Assembly (NCBI GenBank): GCA_965202585.1
Contig: OZ241832.1
Span: forward strand, 23,870,001-23,934,000
Origin: Thalia democratica
Lineage: Eukaryota
Length of the DNA: 64,000 bases
Direction of reading: 5' to 3'
The notes beneath the pieces are model-generated. The model did not search any database and was not told where the DNA came from. It saw only the letters and a list, made by a program, of their open reading frames with translations. The position numbers were made by a program, and so were the translations under genes. Within the stretch, counting starts at the first letter, position 1, and every line of letters starts with the position of its first letter. Below, in pieces: positions 1-12,439 of the stretch.

Positions 1-94
1 TTCGAGCGCTTTGCCACCAAAGCTACACATTTGGCTCACTACAACAAGCGTATAACCATCAGCAGTCGCAAAAATTAAATCTGGTGTTCGTCTA
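1..94 (+). pseudogene. Histone H2B-like relic (C-terminal half; cut by window start, truncated after VRL)
   Basis: Translates [23 protein letters not shown], then a +1 frameshift in an A-run, then IKSGVRL. This matches the H2B core [31 protein letters not shown]. The LLPGELAKH... tail is absent. Confidence 0.88.
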
Positions 95-511
95 AGAAAG
101 CTGTGTGGTTTTTACCTTATTCAAAAATTCAAAACTTTAGGGTGTCAATTTTCCATCCAAAAATAGATTACTTTGATAAAAAAGGATAAATGAATTTTAA
201 GTTAAATAACCATTGATATTTGCTGTAGGCAGTTGGCAATATCAATTATTTGTAGATGAGCTAGCAATAAGAACCTAATTTTAATTAACTATTAAGGTTA
301 AATTTTTATTTACTTAAAGTCAAGCTAGACAGACTAAAATGTTTTTGCTCTTATGCATTTTCTTTTTTTTTATTCTTAAGTTTTTGTCAAACGACTAAAA
401 TCCTATGTTTTAACTGCTATTTAATTAAATTTTCTTCTATATCTTATTGTATTAAGTGTTTATTTGTATTGTAACTAGTTTAATATTTCAGATACTTAAA
501 CAAAACAAAAT

Positions 512-2101
512 ATGGAAAACGTTTTGAGACTAACCATTGGAAAGAATAACATTGATGAAGGTTTATTAAATGCACTTCTAATAAGCATGTGGCCAAAAGT
601 CGAGAAAGTTCACATTACTCAAAAAGCCAGTTATGTGGTATTCTCAACTGTTGAAGAAGCAAAACAAATGCTGGATTCCAAATCAATGAATCTTGAAGGT
701 TACTTGGTAAAAGTAGAGAAGCTAGATAGAAAGACAAGAAAAGATTTCAAAAGTTTAAGCAAGATTGCTTCAACTGAAAATAAATGTGACACGCTATCAA
801 ATGAACTTACCTGTTTACAAACGCAGATTGAAACAGAGACTGTTCCTGACAAAAGTCATCAACACAATAATAAAAAGAAACGTGCCTACTCATCGGTAAG
901 CATTTATATGATACATTAAAGTATAACAAAGTAAGATAAATCATCATAAAATTGTTTGTAATCTTAATTCTTTACAGTTTTTTAAGTCTATTAGTCTATG
1001 ACTTTGGATAAAATATTAAAAACAGACTAAAAACTTATAATATTATATTTAGCATTTAGTAACGCATAATACTGTCTTATATACAATAGAAATAGGAGTA
1101 TAATTAACATTAATTTATCAAACTATTTATCTTTACAGATTTTACGAAACAATACTAAAACAATGACATCATCCAAAGTTAAGAATAGACGTATAAGTAA
1201 AAACTATACTCAGTTGTTTTCAAAATTAAAAACAAACAAGTATCTTGAAGAAATCGAAACATCAAAATGGTTGAAATATTTAAACAACTCAATGAAACAA
1301 CATACTTGGCACCAAAATGTTATGCAAAGTTTTGTTAAAAAAGACCAATTTGCTTCGATTCAAATGAGTTGCAGTGATCTTTGGTCAATAGCAAACGAAC
1401 AAAGCTACATAGAAGATCCTGTTTTAGACGCAGTCCTAAACGACAGTTTTAAGGATCACAAACAAATAGGGTTTATTGAAACAAGTGTTTTCAATGCAAT
1501 TGAAAACCCTTTTTTCAGTGAAACGACTGTGACTCCTTTCAAAAATGATAAAGACGCGTACGTTGCCGTCAAGAACATAAACAACAATCACTGGATATTC
1601 GTTTTCCTTAATTTTTTAAACAAAACACTTTATGTTGTTGATCCAAGGCGGAGTGATGAGCAGATAGAAACAGCAAGAAAAGTTATGAAAGCTTTTAAAC
1701 AAGTGCACCATAACGAAATCAATGCAAGTGAAACATCGAAATGGAACTTTATGAGCGATGAATGGAACTTTGGTTGTATACAGCACAATATTCAGAGAGA
1801 TTGTGTCAACTGCGGTATTTATTGCATTGAATACGTTTTGAAAATTAAAAATGAATTTCCTGTTATACCTTCGTACTTACTAGTTAAAAGTAACTTTAAT
1901 GATAAAAGGCAGTTTTATACCGCAATGTTACTAAAAGTTTCAAAACCAAAGCTTAAAGTCGATAATGAAACAATAAAAGAAGAAGAAAAAGAATTTATTG
2001 AACATCCTTATTATGTGAGTAAAAGTTTAGATGAAGACGGATCAGGATTGGTTATAACATTAAGAAGAAAAAAAAACTTGAAAAAAGAAAGTAGAATCTG
2101 A
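512..2101 (+). CDS. RRM-like + Ulp1/SENP (peptidase C48) fusion protein, copy 1; join(512..895,1139..2101), 448 aa
   Basis: Donor TCG|GTAAGC after 895 (128 codons, phase 0). Acceptor CTTTACAG| at 1138 reads ILRNNTKT in frame into the ATG at 1163. Exon 1 shows an RRM-like pattern (LRLTIG / VEKVHIT / KASYVVFSTVEEAKQML / YLVKVEK). Exon 2 has the C48 catalytic set NNNHW (H143), VVDP (D160), IQRD (Q211) and NCG (C217), numbered on the 312-aa ORF. AATAAA at 2171. Confidence 0.85.
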
Positions 2102-2380
2102 AAGAGATATTTTTTAACTGGTTTATTTTATTATGTTTTATGAAACTTAATTTTTACTCATTTTCGCTACAATAAACAAAACAGTTTACCAAAATAAACA
2201 ATACTTGTTTTTTTATACTTGTATAGTTTTTTACAGTAAGACAAAGAATTGCACGACATAAAGTATTTTGTTTGGGTTTATAAACGGGTAGTCAAATGTT
2301 TTAGAAAAAAAAAAAGATTAAACTTAAAACTAGAGCTATAGCTTTACTTAATCTAGCTAACTTTTAAATGTACTAGATAC

Positions 2381-2730
2381 CAGTAGCGACGCGGAGTAAT
2401 TTTGATAGGGTCGCGGAAATACTATGCAATCAGGCAAATCCCCAAATAATTGTCTATAGCCTTGAGTGCTTCGGTTCTCGTACTCTGCACTTAATGACTT
2501 GCTTGTTGTGAAGGACTGTTTTATAAATTTCTAGCGTAGCCTGCTTATTTGATTGCTTCCCTACGCCTGCCTGCTAAGTCGCTACTTTTTTAGACTTCTA
2601 GCTGAAACTGTTTAATTTGCGTGTTGCTGCTGCTTAGCTATTAGTTTCACTCGCTCGATCGCTTCTGTTTGATTTTCTGTTTGAATTTAGTACATATTTT
2701 ATATACAACAGCCGAAAACTAATTTTGAAA
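2381..2730. other. GC-richer non-coding block, nearly identical in the second copy (46402-46750)
   Basis: CpG-containing stretch downstream of the protease gene that looks more conserved between copies than its AT-rich flanks. No ORF. Confidence 0.5.
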
Positions 2731-3348
2731 TTCACATGGTGCTAAACTTTATTAAGAATTTTGCTGTTCATAAGCATTCTGTCATGTAAATTACAACACG
2801 TTTAAAATGCAGCTGACACAGACTGAGCTTTTATCAAACAATATGAAAATTTCAAATATAAAGTCAAAAATTTTAACAAAATAGTGTTTAGCAAGAAAAT
2901 TAATGTTTGAGCTTTATAATAAAGTTATTCTAATTTAGCTTGACGAGGTATAGTGAAAGCAGGTCTCTATTTGAAGCAAAGTCCTTAAAAGGTTAAATTC
3001 AACGACTAAAACTTTCTAAAATTTTATTTAATTTTTTTTAAGTGTAGCAACAGCTCTAGCGTTCTGCGCCAGGCTTCTCCATTGATTTTTTAACTAATAA
3101 ATTAAAAATACTTGATTATGCTTCGTAAATTAATAATACTTTTATTTTTTTTATGTTAAAAATTATCTAGAAATCCTTAGTCAAATAACTATGAATTTAT
3201 TTTAGTTTATCAAAATTGTTACTTAAATAGTGACTTAATACTCATTTACTTTTTATACTGGTTCTAAATGTCAAACCTCACTTTTAAAAGGGAACGGGTC
3301 AGAAAAACAGGGCGTCGTTTTAGTACGGGGAGATTTTTTTGCACAAGT

Positions 3349-3506
3349 TTACTTAAGCACAAAGTGACACTTTAGCAAGAAGTAACATTTTAGCACACAT
3401 TTATACTTTATAACAAAATGACACTTTATGTGGGAGTGACACTTTAGCACATAGTAAAACTTCAACATGGAGTGAAACTTTAGCACAAAGTGACACTTTA
3501 GCACGA
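3349..3506. repeat. 18-bp minisatellite (TTTAGCACAAAGTGACAC consensus), about 9 units
   Basis: Direct tandem units are visible. The minus-strand 64-aa ORF with KCHFVL repeats reflects the 18-bp period. A shorter array sits at the same position in copy 2. Confidence 0.85.
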
Positions 3507-4986
3507 ACCGGCTTTCTTCCATAATGCATAAAATTTTTACCATTTTTTTTTTAAATCCTAAAACAAACTATGCAACATGTAGACTAAAAGTTAAAAAACT
3601 TTAATAATGTTACAAGTTAAAGCTAAAACTAGAAATTCATGTTTAATATACAGTACATCATTTTATTTAAAGCAAACCTCAACTTTTAAAGTATAAAATA
3701 AAAATAAATTTACAAATTCTGTTAACTCACTTTAAAATTTAAATAAACTTTAAAATTTTAGGCTTTAGTTCTAATAGTATTAAACTTTTTTAAATTTCAA
3801 AACATGATTTACTTTTATTTAAACGCCAAAATTATTTAGAAACTTTTCTGTCATAATGTTTAGTAAATATAATGTAAGCTGAAATTACATAAACAGCTGC
3901 TAGTGAATAATAACATTGAATAGTTAAAAGAGTAGAAAAATCAAAAAAAAAGATGGTAAAAAATATACTTGAATATTTTCTTTTATAATCAAAGTTAAGT
4001 TATTATTGTTTGTTATTGAATTAAATGTGATTCATTTTTAGGCTTAATAATTTTTCTAAATATCTAAGTATGTTCTTGAGACTAAAGAAATATTAAATTT
4101 ATTAATTTAAGTATAAATGATGCTGTTAAATTAAACTTTTTGTTTTTATTTAGATTTTTTAAAACAAATAAACACTTAAAAGAGTTTTTAACATATGTAC
4201 TTAAAAATCCTTAGATTTAATGCTTAGTAGCTTTAAAATTTAACATAATGATTATAGTTTCTAGTTAAATAGAAAAGATTGATTTAAAATGTTTTTACTT
4301 GTTTAAGTTAGTTTACAACTACAAAATACACATAAATATAAATACTTGTTGACTGTTTAAGTAAGTTTTTAAAAATGTTGATACCAACTACTATTACATA
4401 ACAAAAAAGTATTTAACGTAGTGTGAAATTTTTGAATTGTATTTAAAATTATTTTATCATTAAGTTTCAAATCATTACAATTTGTTCATGTAAGTACAAT
4501 TTATATAACAAAACACTTCTGGAAAGATAAGCTTTGAACTTAATGAACATATTTTCAGTGCACAATTTGCATACATTAACTTAAACTAGTAGAAATAATA
4601 AAATTGAAAGTTGTAGTTTTGTCACTAACAACATTATTACAAAGTAGTGTGGAGAAATTTATTTCTAATGTCAGACGAGTTCATGAGTTATGTATTTTTT
4701 TATTTACACGATCAATACGTTGAAATCATAAACTTTTTGACACTTTCATGGACACATAAATAAAAAGGTGATTTAAATTATTAAAGTTTTTTGCAAGAAG
4801 AGCATGTTTAACTTAAGTTTGGTTAAGTAGTTAATTGTAACTAAAAAAATTTAAACACATTTTTAAATAAAAAAATATATAAAGATTGAATCTTATTTCA
4901 TACTATTGTTTAAAAATTCTATAAAACTCTTTGATAAAATTTATATAGTTTACAAAAAATTTTATCCTTAACTTTTTTATCTAATG

Positions 4987-5080
4987 CAGTGGTCGGCAAG
5001 GTGTACACTGGTGCACACTAGTGTACACGAAATTTTCTTTGGGTGCACGAAACTCATTTAGGGGTGCACGAAATTTTGAA
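4987..5080 (+). mobile_element. hAT-type terminal inverted repeat and subterminal region
   Basis: CAGTGGTCGGCAA followed by repeated GGGTGCACGAAA subterminal motifs. The partner end is uncertain (possibly 12384). Confidence 0.55.
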
Positions 5081-5452
5081 ATAACACAAAAACTTTTTTT
5101 AGTTTTACTGTTATATATATTTAGTTTAAGCGACATAGCTCACTTATTAAGTTAAATCTAGCACTAATGTTTAGTTTAGCTTTTAATTTATTCGCCATTT
5201 TACTCTCATGATATTTTGGCATTAAAAATCACAAATCATTCTGTATATAAACACTGAGGAAATTTAAAAAATAAAGTAAAAGTAGTATCAAAATAGTTAT
5301 AGAGCTGCATGTTATTAATTTTGTATAGTTTTTTGTTAACCACGAAACAATTAATATGATCCAAAGAATAATAATGAGGGACATGAGTGTCGATCAAATG
5401 CGGAACATGAAATGCGAAGGAAGAATTTTAGAAATTTGCAATTACTTTAGAT

Positions 5453-8400
5453 CAGGGGTCGGCAAACTGCGGCCCGCGGGCCAAATGCGGCCCGCGAAGA
5501 GTAAATCTGCGGCCCGCGAGCACGTTATTTTTTTGAATGGAATGCGGCCCGCGAAAGAAAGTTTTGCGGCCCGCGAGCTTGTAAATGTGGCCCGCGAGCA
5601 TGTAAAAATATATTTTAAGTTAAACTTGTTTGATTACTTTAGTTTTAAGTTCGTGTTTAACATTTTAAAACTATTAAAACACATTACTGTTTTAGCTTAA
5701 AATGTGAAAAAGACAGGTTAGCATTTCACCAGGTTTTTTTTCTCAATTTCATAATAACATTCTTCTTACAACAGCAAATCATTTTCTCAAAAAAGAGTGT
5801 AAAAAAAGCTTTGAATTATTAAGATAGTTATATATTACCTATTTGGTAAAGATTAAATGCAAATGTTTTCCGTTTTGTACAAAAGTAATGCACAGTAATT
5901 AACTGAAATGTAATTTGGTTACAGTTTAGTTTTTTTTACACGTTTTTTATACTCAAGTTTTTACTACAGATGTTTTATTACTAAATTTTATATATTTGTG
6001 TGCAGAAAAACATTTAAAATAACATAATAATAATAATAAGAAGAAATAAGGTTAACTTTATTTTGGTTGTGACACCTTTGATTATTTAGAAGTTTTCTTT
6101 GTATTTTAAATTAATTCTTATGCACATTAATGAACAAACATGCTCATATTTTAAACCACTTTTTATTTAATACTTAACGAAATAAAATTTAGTTTATGCA
6201 AAATAATCTAACATTATTATTTTTACATGTAATATATAAATGTGTACAGACATATTAAAACAATATAAATGTCATAAACTAAAAAAATATTGCTAGGTAT
6301 ACTTTTTGATTTTTTAAACAATTTTTTTGACAACATAAGTTAATTTTCATGCGTTGCATACTACTATAAACAGTTGTTGTATTTTAAAACTACCTATTTA
6401 ATACAAACTAGATTTAGAAATGGTAATTTTGTACATTTTAAATCAAAATAGTTCAAACTCGATCAAATAAACAAATAAAAATTGTCACACACTCAGACTA
6501 TGACTATTTGAAGACTTCAAATCTCAGATCAATCATTTTTCAGTTTTTGGCTTGAATTGCTTTTTGTATGCTAAAATATCATGCTAGTTTTGATCACTCG
6601 GACTGACTATTTTGTTTTAAACAGTAGTTTATTAAATTTATGGTGTATATTTTGTGCAATTTACAGTGTTGGTTTAAATTGAAATACATTTTAAATTTTA
6701 AGTCCTGAAGCTGATGTAATTTGAATTATTATTTATATTAGTTGTATACATATAAACATTAACAATTAGTCTTGCCAAAAAATCCCGAAAAATCTTGGAA
6801 TTTGACATTTTATACTTAAAAAATCTGTAAAAGTCTTGAATTTTAAACAATGTTTACATGTCAAGTAATGAAATTTTTGTTTGACACAAAAAATCTACAA
6901 TATAAATATTTTTATTAATAAACAAACTTTAAGAAGCTTAACAGTATCATTTTGATATTGATTATTTGTTATTTAAGACAGTTTTTTTTTACATCTAATT
7001 TAGTTTTAATTCTAAAAGTAGAAGAAAATTTTGTACTTTCAAAAACTTTATATTGGTGCATTGCACTTTTGCTTTTGAAATAGATTTACCTAGTGTTGTG
7101 CTTTGTATTGAACTAAACCTATAAATTCTTCTAAAATGTCAAAATGAGTAAAACCACCTGTAATAAAAATTCTAAAATGAGCAATATCTTTTGTATTAGT
7201 TTTCACATCTTAACATATTGATTTAAGTCCTAATTTTGTTTATGCGGCTTGATAATCTTCAGACATTTCCTAAACACGACTTCTTTTTGATATAGAAGAA
7301 ATAAACAAAAATATTTTACTAACCCCAAGACAAATTTTTAAACAAGTTTTCAACTTTTAAGGTATCTTTTGTAAATGATTACTTTTTTACTTTGTAGGAC
7401 ACTTATGCAAAATTTAATTTTCCCTTATGTGTCCAAATTTTGATAATTTAAAGAAATTAATGTTTTTCACTTGATATTATAGTTTTCGTTTAAAAAAAAC
7501 AACAAATAAATATAGTAAAACTAATTCCCAAAAAATACTATTTTTCACAAACAAAATAAGTGCTAGTTAAAATGATTTATGTTTTTGATTTCTTGATTGA
7601 ACTGGAAATAGCTTGTTTATGGGTGTGGCTAAGGGAAAATGAGAGAATCGAATGAGAGATCAAGTGATCTACAGTCCAAAGTCCAGGAAAATGAGAGAAT
7701 CAAATGAGAGATCGCGTGATTTACGAAAATTCTATAAAAGAATCTGAAAACTATAAATACGCCCAATCAGAGCGTGAAGCAGGTCATTTACCTCGAAACA
7801 AGCACGAAGCGACACTCTGCTGCTCGCAAATTTGAGCGTTAGCCGCCATCTTGGAAAAACTAGCTAATTTTTGGAAAAACCTTCTCTTGGCGCTCTGAAC
7901 ATAAGTCGCCATCTTGGAAAAGCTAGATGACACCCGAGAAAACCTTCTTATTCAACAACGTCGACGGGGCGAACAACTCGATTTGAGTTGTTAACGTGCC
8001 ATACTCATAAGCCTACGCATACTGTAGCAGACAACTTTTTTGGATCAATTTGAACACTGAATTCCACGATTGAGTCCTCAGCATTCAAGGAAACAAACTT
8101 GAACATTCATCTTATCGAGCAAGCCCACACAGACTGTGGCGTCAACCTTAGCTACACTTCTACGAACAAGTTGTTTCGTACTTTTAAATAATTCTGTCGT
8201 AATATTTTTACATATTTATATTATCGTATCTACTTACTATTGTACTTGTATTGTAATATTTATACATATTTATATCATCGTGCCTATTTATATTGTATTT
8301 TATCGCCACGCTCCGTTCACGGAAAGGAAACGAAAGAAGATCAAGCCACGTTCATCAAGATTCTGTAAACGAGACGGACCAACGTCGAGTGCCAGAAACT

Positions 8401-10046
8401 GAGCGACCGGAGACCAGTGACACGTCAAGGAAGGAATCCAGAGCACGTTTTCCTTCTAATTGTTAACTTTAAGTGTTTAGACTTATTGTGAGCTGTCATT
8501 GCGTTTATTTGTACATAATAAAACAATATTACTTAGTTTTATTATATTTAGTTATATAAATTATATAGTTATGTCCTTAAAACCCCTAAAAAAGGCATTA
8601 GTCTTGAAAGTGCCACGCACACCTTCGTGCACCGAAATGAGTTGTTCCGAGACTACTGCTAACCTGGAATCTGATGAGATTGTCGAGCCTGAGACCGAGG
8701 CAATTTCGAAGGAAATCAGTGAGGCTCCTAGTCTGGGTAACAATAACTTTATAATTTGCTCAACGGTTTTTTTGATCAGTCTGTAGTTACTGAAAATAAT
8801 CATGTGCGTTATCAAAACTAACTCAAGCAATTTGTTTTTTGTTTTTTTTTGTTTCTCGCAATAACTCCAAACTAACGTATTATAGTTCTTATAGCTCGTC
8901 TTATAATTCACATATGCTCCTTTTAAATGCAATATTTTTATTGCAAATTAAAGAATTGCTATGATACTCAAAAAAAATAGGTTTTTCAAATTAATAAGTA
9001 GCTTAATAAATTTTTATATATTTGTTAAAAATGTTTAAAAACTCAATTGTCCATTCAAGCTGAATTATAATACTTTTTTCTATTTATATAATTAATTCAC
9101 TGTTTATAAAACTCGGTATTTAATGATTTTGTGAACTTTATTTTAAAAAGGGTTCCAAAAAAAAAGGCTATTTTAAAAATATTTTTAAATTCAGCCTAGG
9201 TTAAGCTGTTTAAGAATTTTTTTTTTAAACTCAGGTGTATCTGAAACTTTTATTTCAAACTCTTTGCATAAATCTTCGAAATCTCAGAATATTTTTTATG
9301 ACTGTAGTGTAGTTTACTAATTGTAATGTTTTTGTCTATTTACATATTGCGAATTTTTATAATAATAATACTTTAGTTTTGTATTTAAGCTTAATTAACA
9401 GAAAGTTTTTAGCTACTTTATTTTTTAATAAACTTTTAATATTATTTAGAAATTTTTGCTATTAAAGTGGCAACCGTGTATAAGACTAATTAATTACTAA
9501 TAAGGTATTTTATTAAAATATTCCAGCATTAATAATGTTAAAAAATTTGACTTAGCTTATTTACAGTATACATAGATTTTAAATTTTTTTAATTTACTAA
9601 TTACTGTATTTTCAAAAGTTATTTTCAATAGTCAACACTTTTTCAAAAATGAAAAGGTGGTTCATAATATAAAAAAGGTATAAAATGACTCATAAATATT
9701 TTTCAAGCTCTGTTTTTAAAGAGAGTTGGGTTGTTAGTAAAATAATATAAATATTTTATTATTTTCAACTTACTAAGTGTTTAAAAAAGTACATATTTTA
9801 TAAAGACTTTAGTATATTAAACAATGTAAATTCTATTCCAATAGATATTTATATATTAAATTAACATTACATGTGTAGCTAAAAGTAATTTATAGCAATA
9901 AAGTGAATAAAATTAAAACTATCTCTAGTGTGCCAAAACTATAGTTAAAAGATTATTCAAGTATCACTAAAACTAAAACTGTGGCCCCCGAAGATTTTGA
10001 AAACTTGAAATTTGGCCCGCGAGCACCAACTGCCTGCCGACCCCTG
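5453..10046 (-). mobile_element. Non-autonomous hAT (Charlie/Buster-like) transposon with perfect 8-bp TSD
   Basis: TIRs CAGGGGTCGGCA (5453) and TGCCGACCCCTG (ends 10046). CTTTAGAT on both sides (5445-5452 and 10047-10054). GCGGCCCGCG subterminal repeats. About 8743-10046 is the reverse complement of 61496 to about 62780. Confidence 0.93.
7561..8742 (+). mobile_element. Probable solo LTR nested in the hAT element
   Basis: GC-richer 1.18-kb island starting TG and ending GGGTAACA, with near-TSD ATAAG/ATAAC. Contains TATA (7752), CCAAT (7763), two CGCCATCTTGG YY1-like motifs (about 7844 and 7907), a 39-bp internal direct repeat (7634/7686) and AATAAA (8517). hAT homology stops exactly at 8743. 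The left boundary is less certain. Confidence 0.55.
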
Positions 10047-12234
10047 CTTTAGATCATACAGTCAAGTAGATATATTAAGTGTTCGCAGAAAAAGAGATAC
10101 TGGTAATTTTTGTTTGTTATGTTTAAAATAATTAAAACTTAAAGTATACTTTAGAAACCTTGACTAAAAAAATGTATGTATGTTTATTGAATGATAAAAA
10201 AGCGCGTAAAACGACCTGGTGTACTGAAAAACCTTTCGGCCATCGAGTCGTACACTACAATAAATAAAATTTAAGAGAAGAAAAGAAAATTATACTTATT
10301 TAACAAAACGTTTGAATCTTTAAAGTAAAAACAAATAAGATTTTTAGTGAAATAAAAAAAAGTTGGAACGTTTTTATTAAAAATTAAAAAAAATCGTTTT
10401 TATTACTAGTTTAAAATTTTAAAAAATAACACTTCATTATTTAACATCAATGTAATGTTTCAGTTGACAAAGAGAAAAACAGCAATTGCAAAATATGCAG
10501 GGAAGTTTGTTACAAAAAAGGTTATTAGATTGTAAACACATTTAAAACAATTTTTGTGATGACTGAAAGATCAACTAATAAAATGTTGTTTATAAATGTT
10601 TACTATTTGTTTTAAAATAATTTGATCAGTAGCTCTATTGTTTTATTTGCATCTAAGTATAATTGACTTTGTTTTTTTTTTTTTTGTAAAATAAACTGTA
10701 AATGGTTACCATTTGTTTCCAAATATAGTTATTTATTCACGTTCATAATTTGCTTATAAGAGAAATAATTTTTGCTTTCAGATGACAACTGTATCAAAAT
10801 ACTTTTCAATTTTTAATTCACTATTTAACTGTAAAACTAAAGTTTTTAACGTAGTTTCTGTAATTTAACTAATTTAAAAAGTTGTTGAAATGTTTTTTAA
10901 TTAGACTATTTAGTTTATACTGAAAAAAGTTTAATACTCTGTTTTAAACTAAAACGTTTCTTTTTGCCTATTCGTAGTAAGACATCAACATTTACTTTCC
11001 ATAACAAAAATCTTAACCACTAGATACTGTTACGAAATTATAAGATAAAAATGTTAAACAACATTTAAGTAAACACTTTTCATTTGTTGTATAAAGTAGT
11101 ACATAATCTGTCGTTAAGTTTTACTAATTAAATCAGGCAAAAAAATATATTTTGATTAAAAAAACTCAACTACGACTGAAAATAAGATAATTTAGCTACA
11201 CAGACTTATTATGAAAAGTTTAATTTTGTTTCTATACATGAGCTAACAATTTGTTTGCTGTTTAGTTTTTGTCTGTAACAAAGTACTATTTGTGTTAGAT
11301 TAAAACAACTTTAAGCCAATTTGGTACCCCTGTTTGAGTTTGAATAATATTTGTAACTAACGTAATGAATTTCATATGCTTTTCAATAGTAAAAATAAGA
11401 GTATTAAGGATTAAGCTTTATAACTGTTATATGTAAATAAAAACATTCGTATATATATGAGTTATTAAACTTTACTTATAATGTAACTAACATATAAAAA
11501 ATTTTTAGTTACCTGTCTTAAATTGTTATACTTTAACTTAGTTAAAGCAAAAAATGACTTAAGTTACTTATATAAAAACATTAATGTTTTACTAACTTTT
11601 AAAAACGTAAGGTAACAGATAAAGGTGGTTGTAACTACAACTACTTTTTTCATTGTATACATATTTAAAAGCTTTAATTTAACACTTGCTAATAAATCTA
11701 CTAAACTAAATGCTGTAGATATTCTTAATAAAAGTCTTATTTTTATTATAACATTTGGTGTAGCTATGCAAAAAGTATTTAATAATTTTTTTTAGTATAA
11801 TTATAGTAGCTAGATGATGATCTATAAATAAATTCAAAACAGAACATTATTATACGTTTGTGCAAAACTAATTTGATAAACAATGTTATAAGCATTATAC
11901 TAGTGTAGAACCAAGTAAAATTAATATGTTTATACAAAAAATGACATTTAAGTTTATACTTTTGTACATAACGGAAATGTTTACGTTTAGTTTAATTATT
12001 AAATAGATATTATATGTATAACCTACTAAATCCAAGCACTTCTTAGACTCTGTTGCAGATAATAACTTGCTGTTATAAAAAGTAAGTTATTATGAAACTG
12101 CGAAAAAAATATTAGTCGAATGCTAATATGTCTTTTTCACAATTCTTAGCCAAAGTAGTAAAGTTTTTTTAATATTTTTTTAGTTTTTACAGGGACTTAA
12201 AACGAAATTAATCAAACTAAATCCAACTACCGAT

Positions 12235-12384
12235 AAAAATTAACTAAAAATAAATTTTTGCTCAGCGGGACCAACTTACATGCTCGCTGGCCACACAATT
12301 TTAATTCGCGGGCCGTATTCAATTCATAAAATAAAGGTGCTCGCGATCCGCAGTTAGCTCGCGGGACACATCTGCCGACCCCTG
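12235..12384. mobile_element. hAT terminal end (element lies to the left)
   Basis: Ends in TGCCGACCCCTG with CTCGCGGG/GCGGGCC subterminal motifs. Confidence 0.7.
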
Positions 12385-12439
12385 TACTAAAATCACTAAA
12401 TTTCATCATTAGTTCTATTTTTTTATTTAAGTGTATTTT

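Larger units (their letters stand above)
1..3680 (+). repeat. Duplicated block (H2B relic + RRM-C48 gene + 3' region); paralogous to about 44037-47612
   Basis: Colinear similarity from base 1 through the gene, the GC block and the minisatellite, ending near CATTTTATTTAAAGCAAAC (about 3680 / 47612). Confidence 0.92.

Noticed and set aside
3349-3543. 64-aa minus-strand ORF with KCHFVL repeats
   Set aside because: Translation of the 18-bp minisatellite; not preserved in copy 2.
5356-5700. 114-aa ORF
   Set aside because: Runs across the hAT insertion junction and its GC-rich subterminal repeats.
8136-8932. Three overlapping ORFs (88, 95 and 123 aa)
   Set aside because: Lie in the LTR-like island and its junction; low complexity, no domain motifs.
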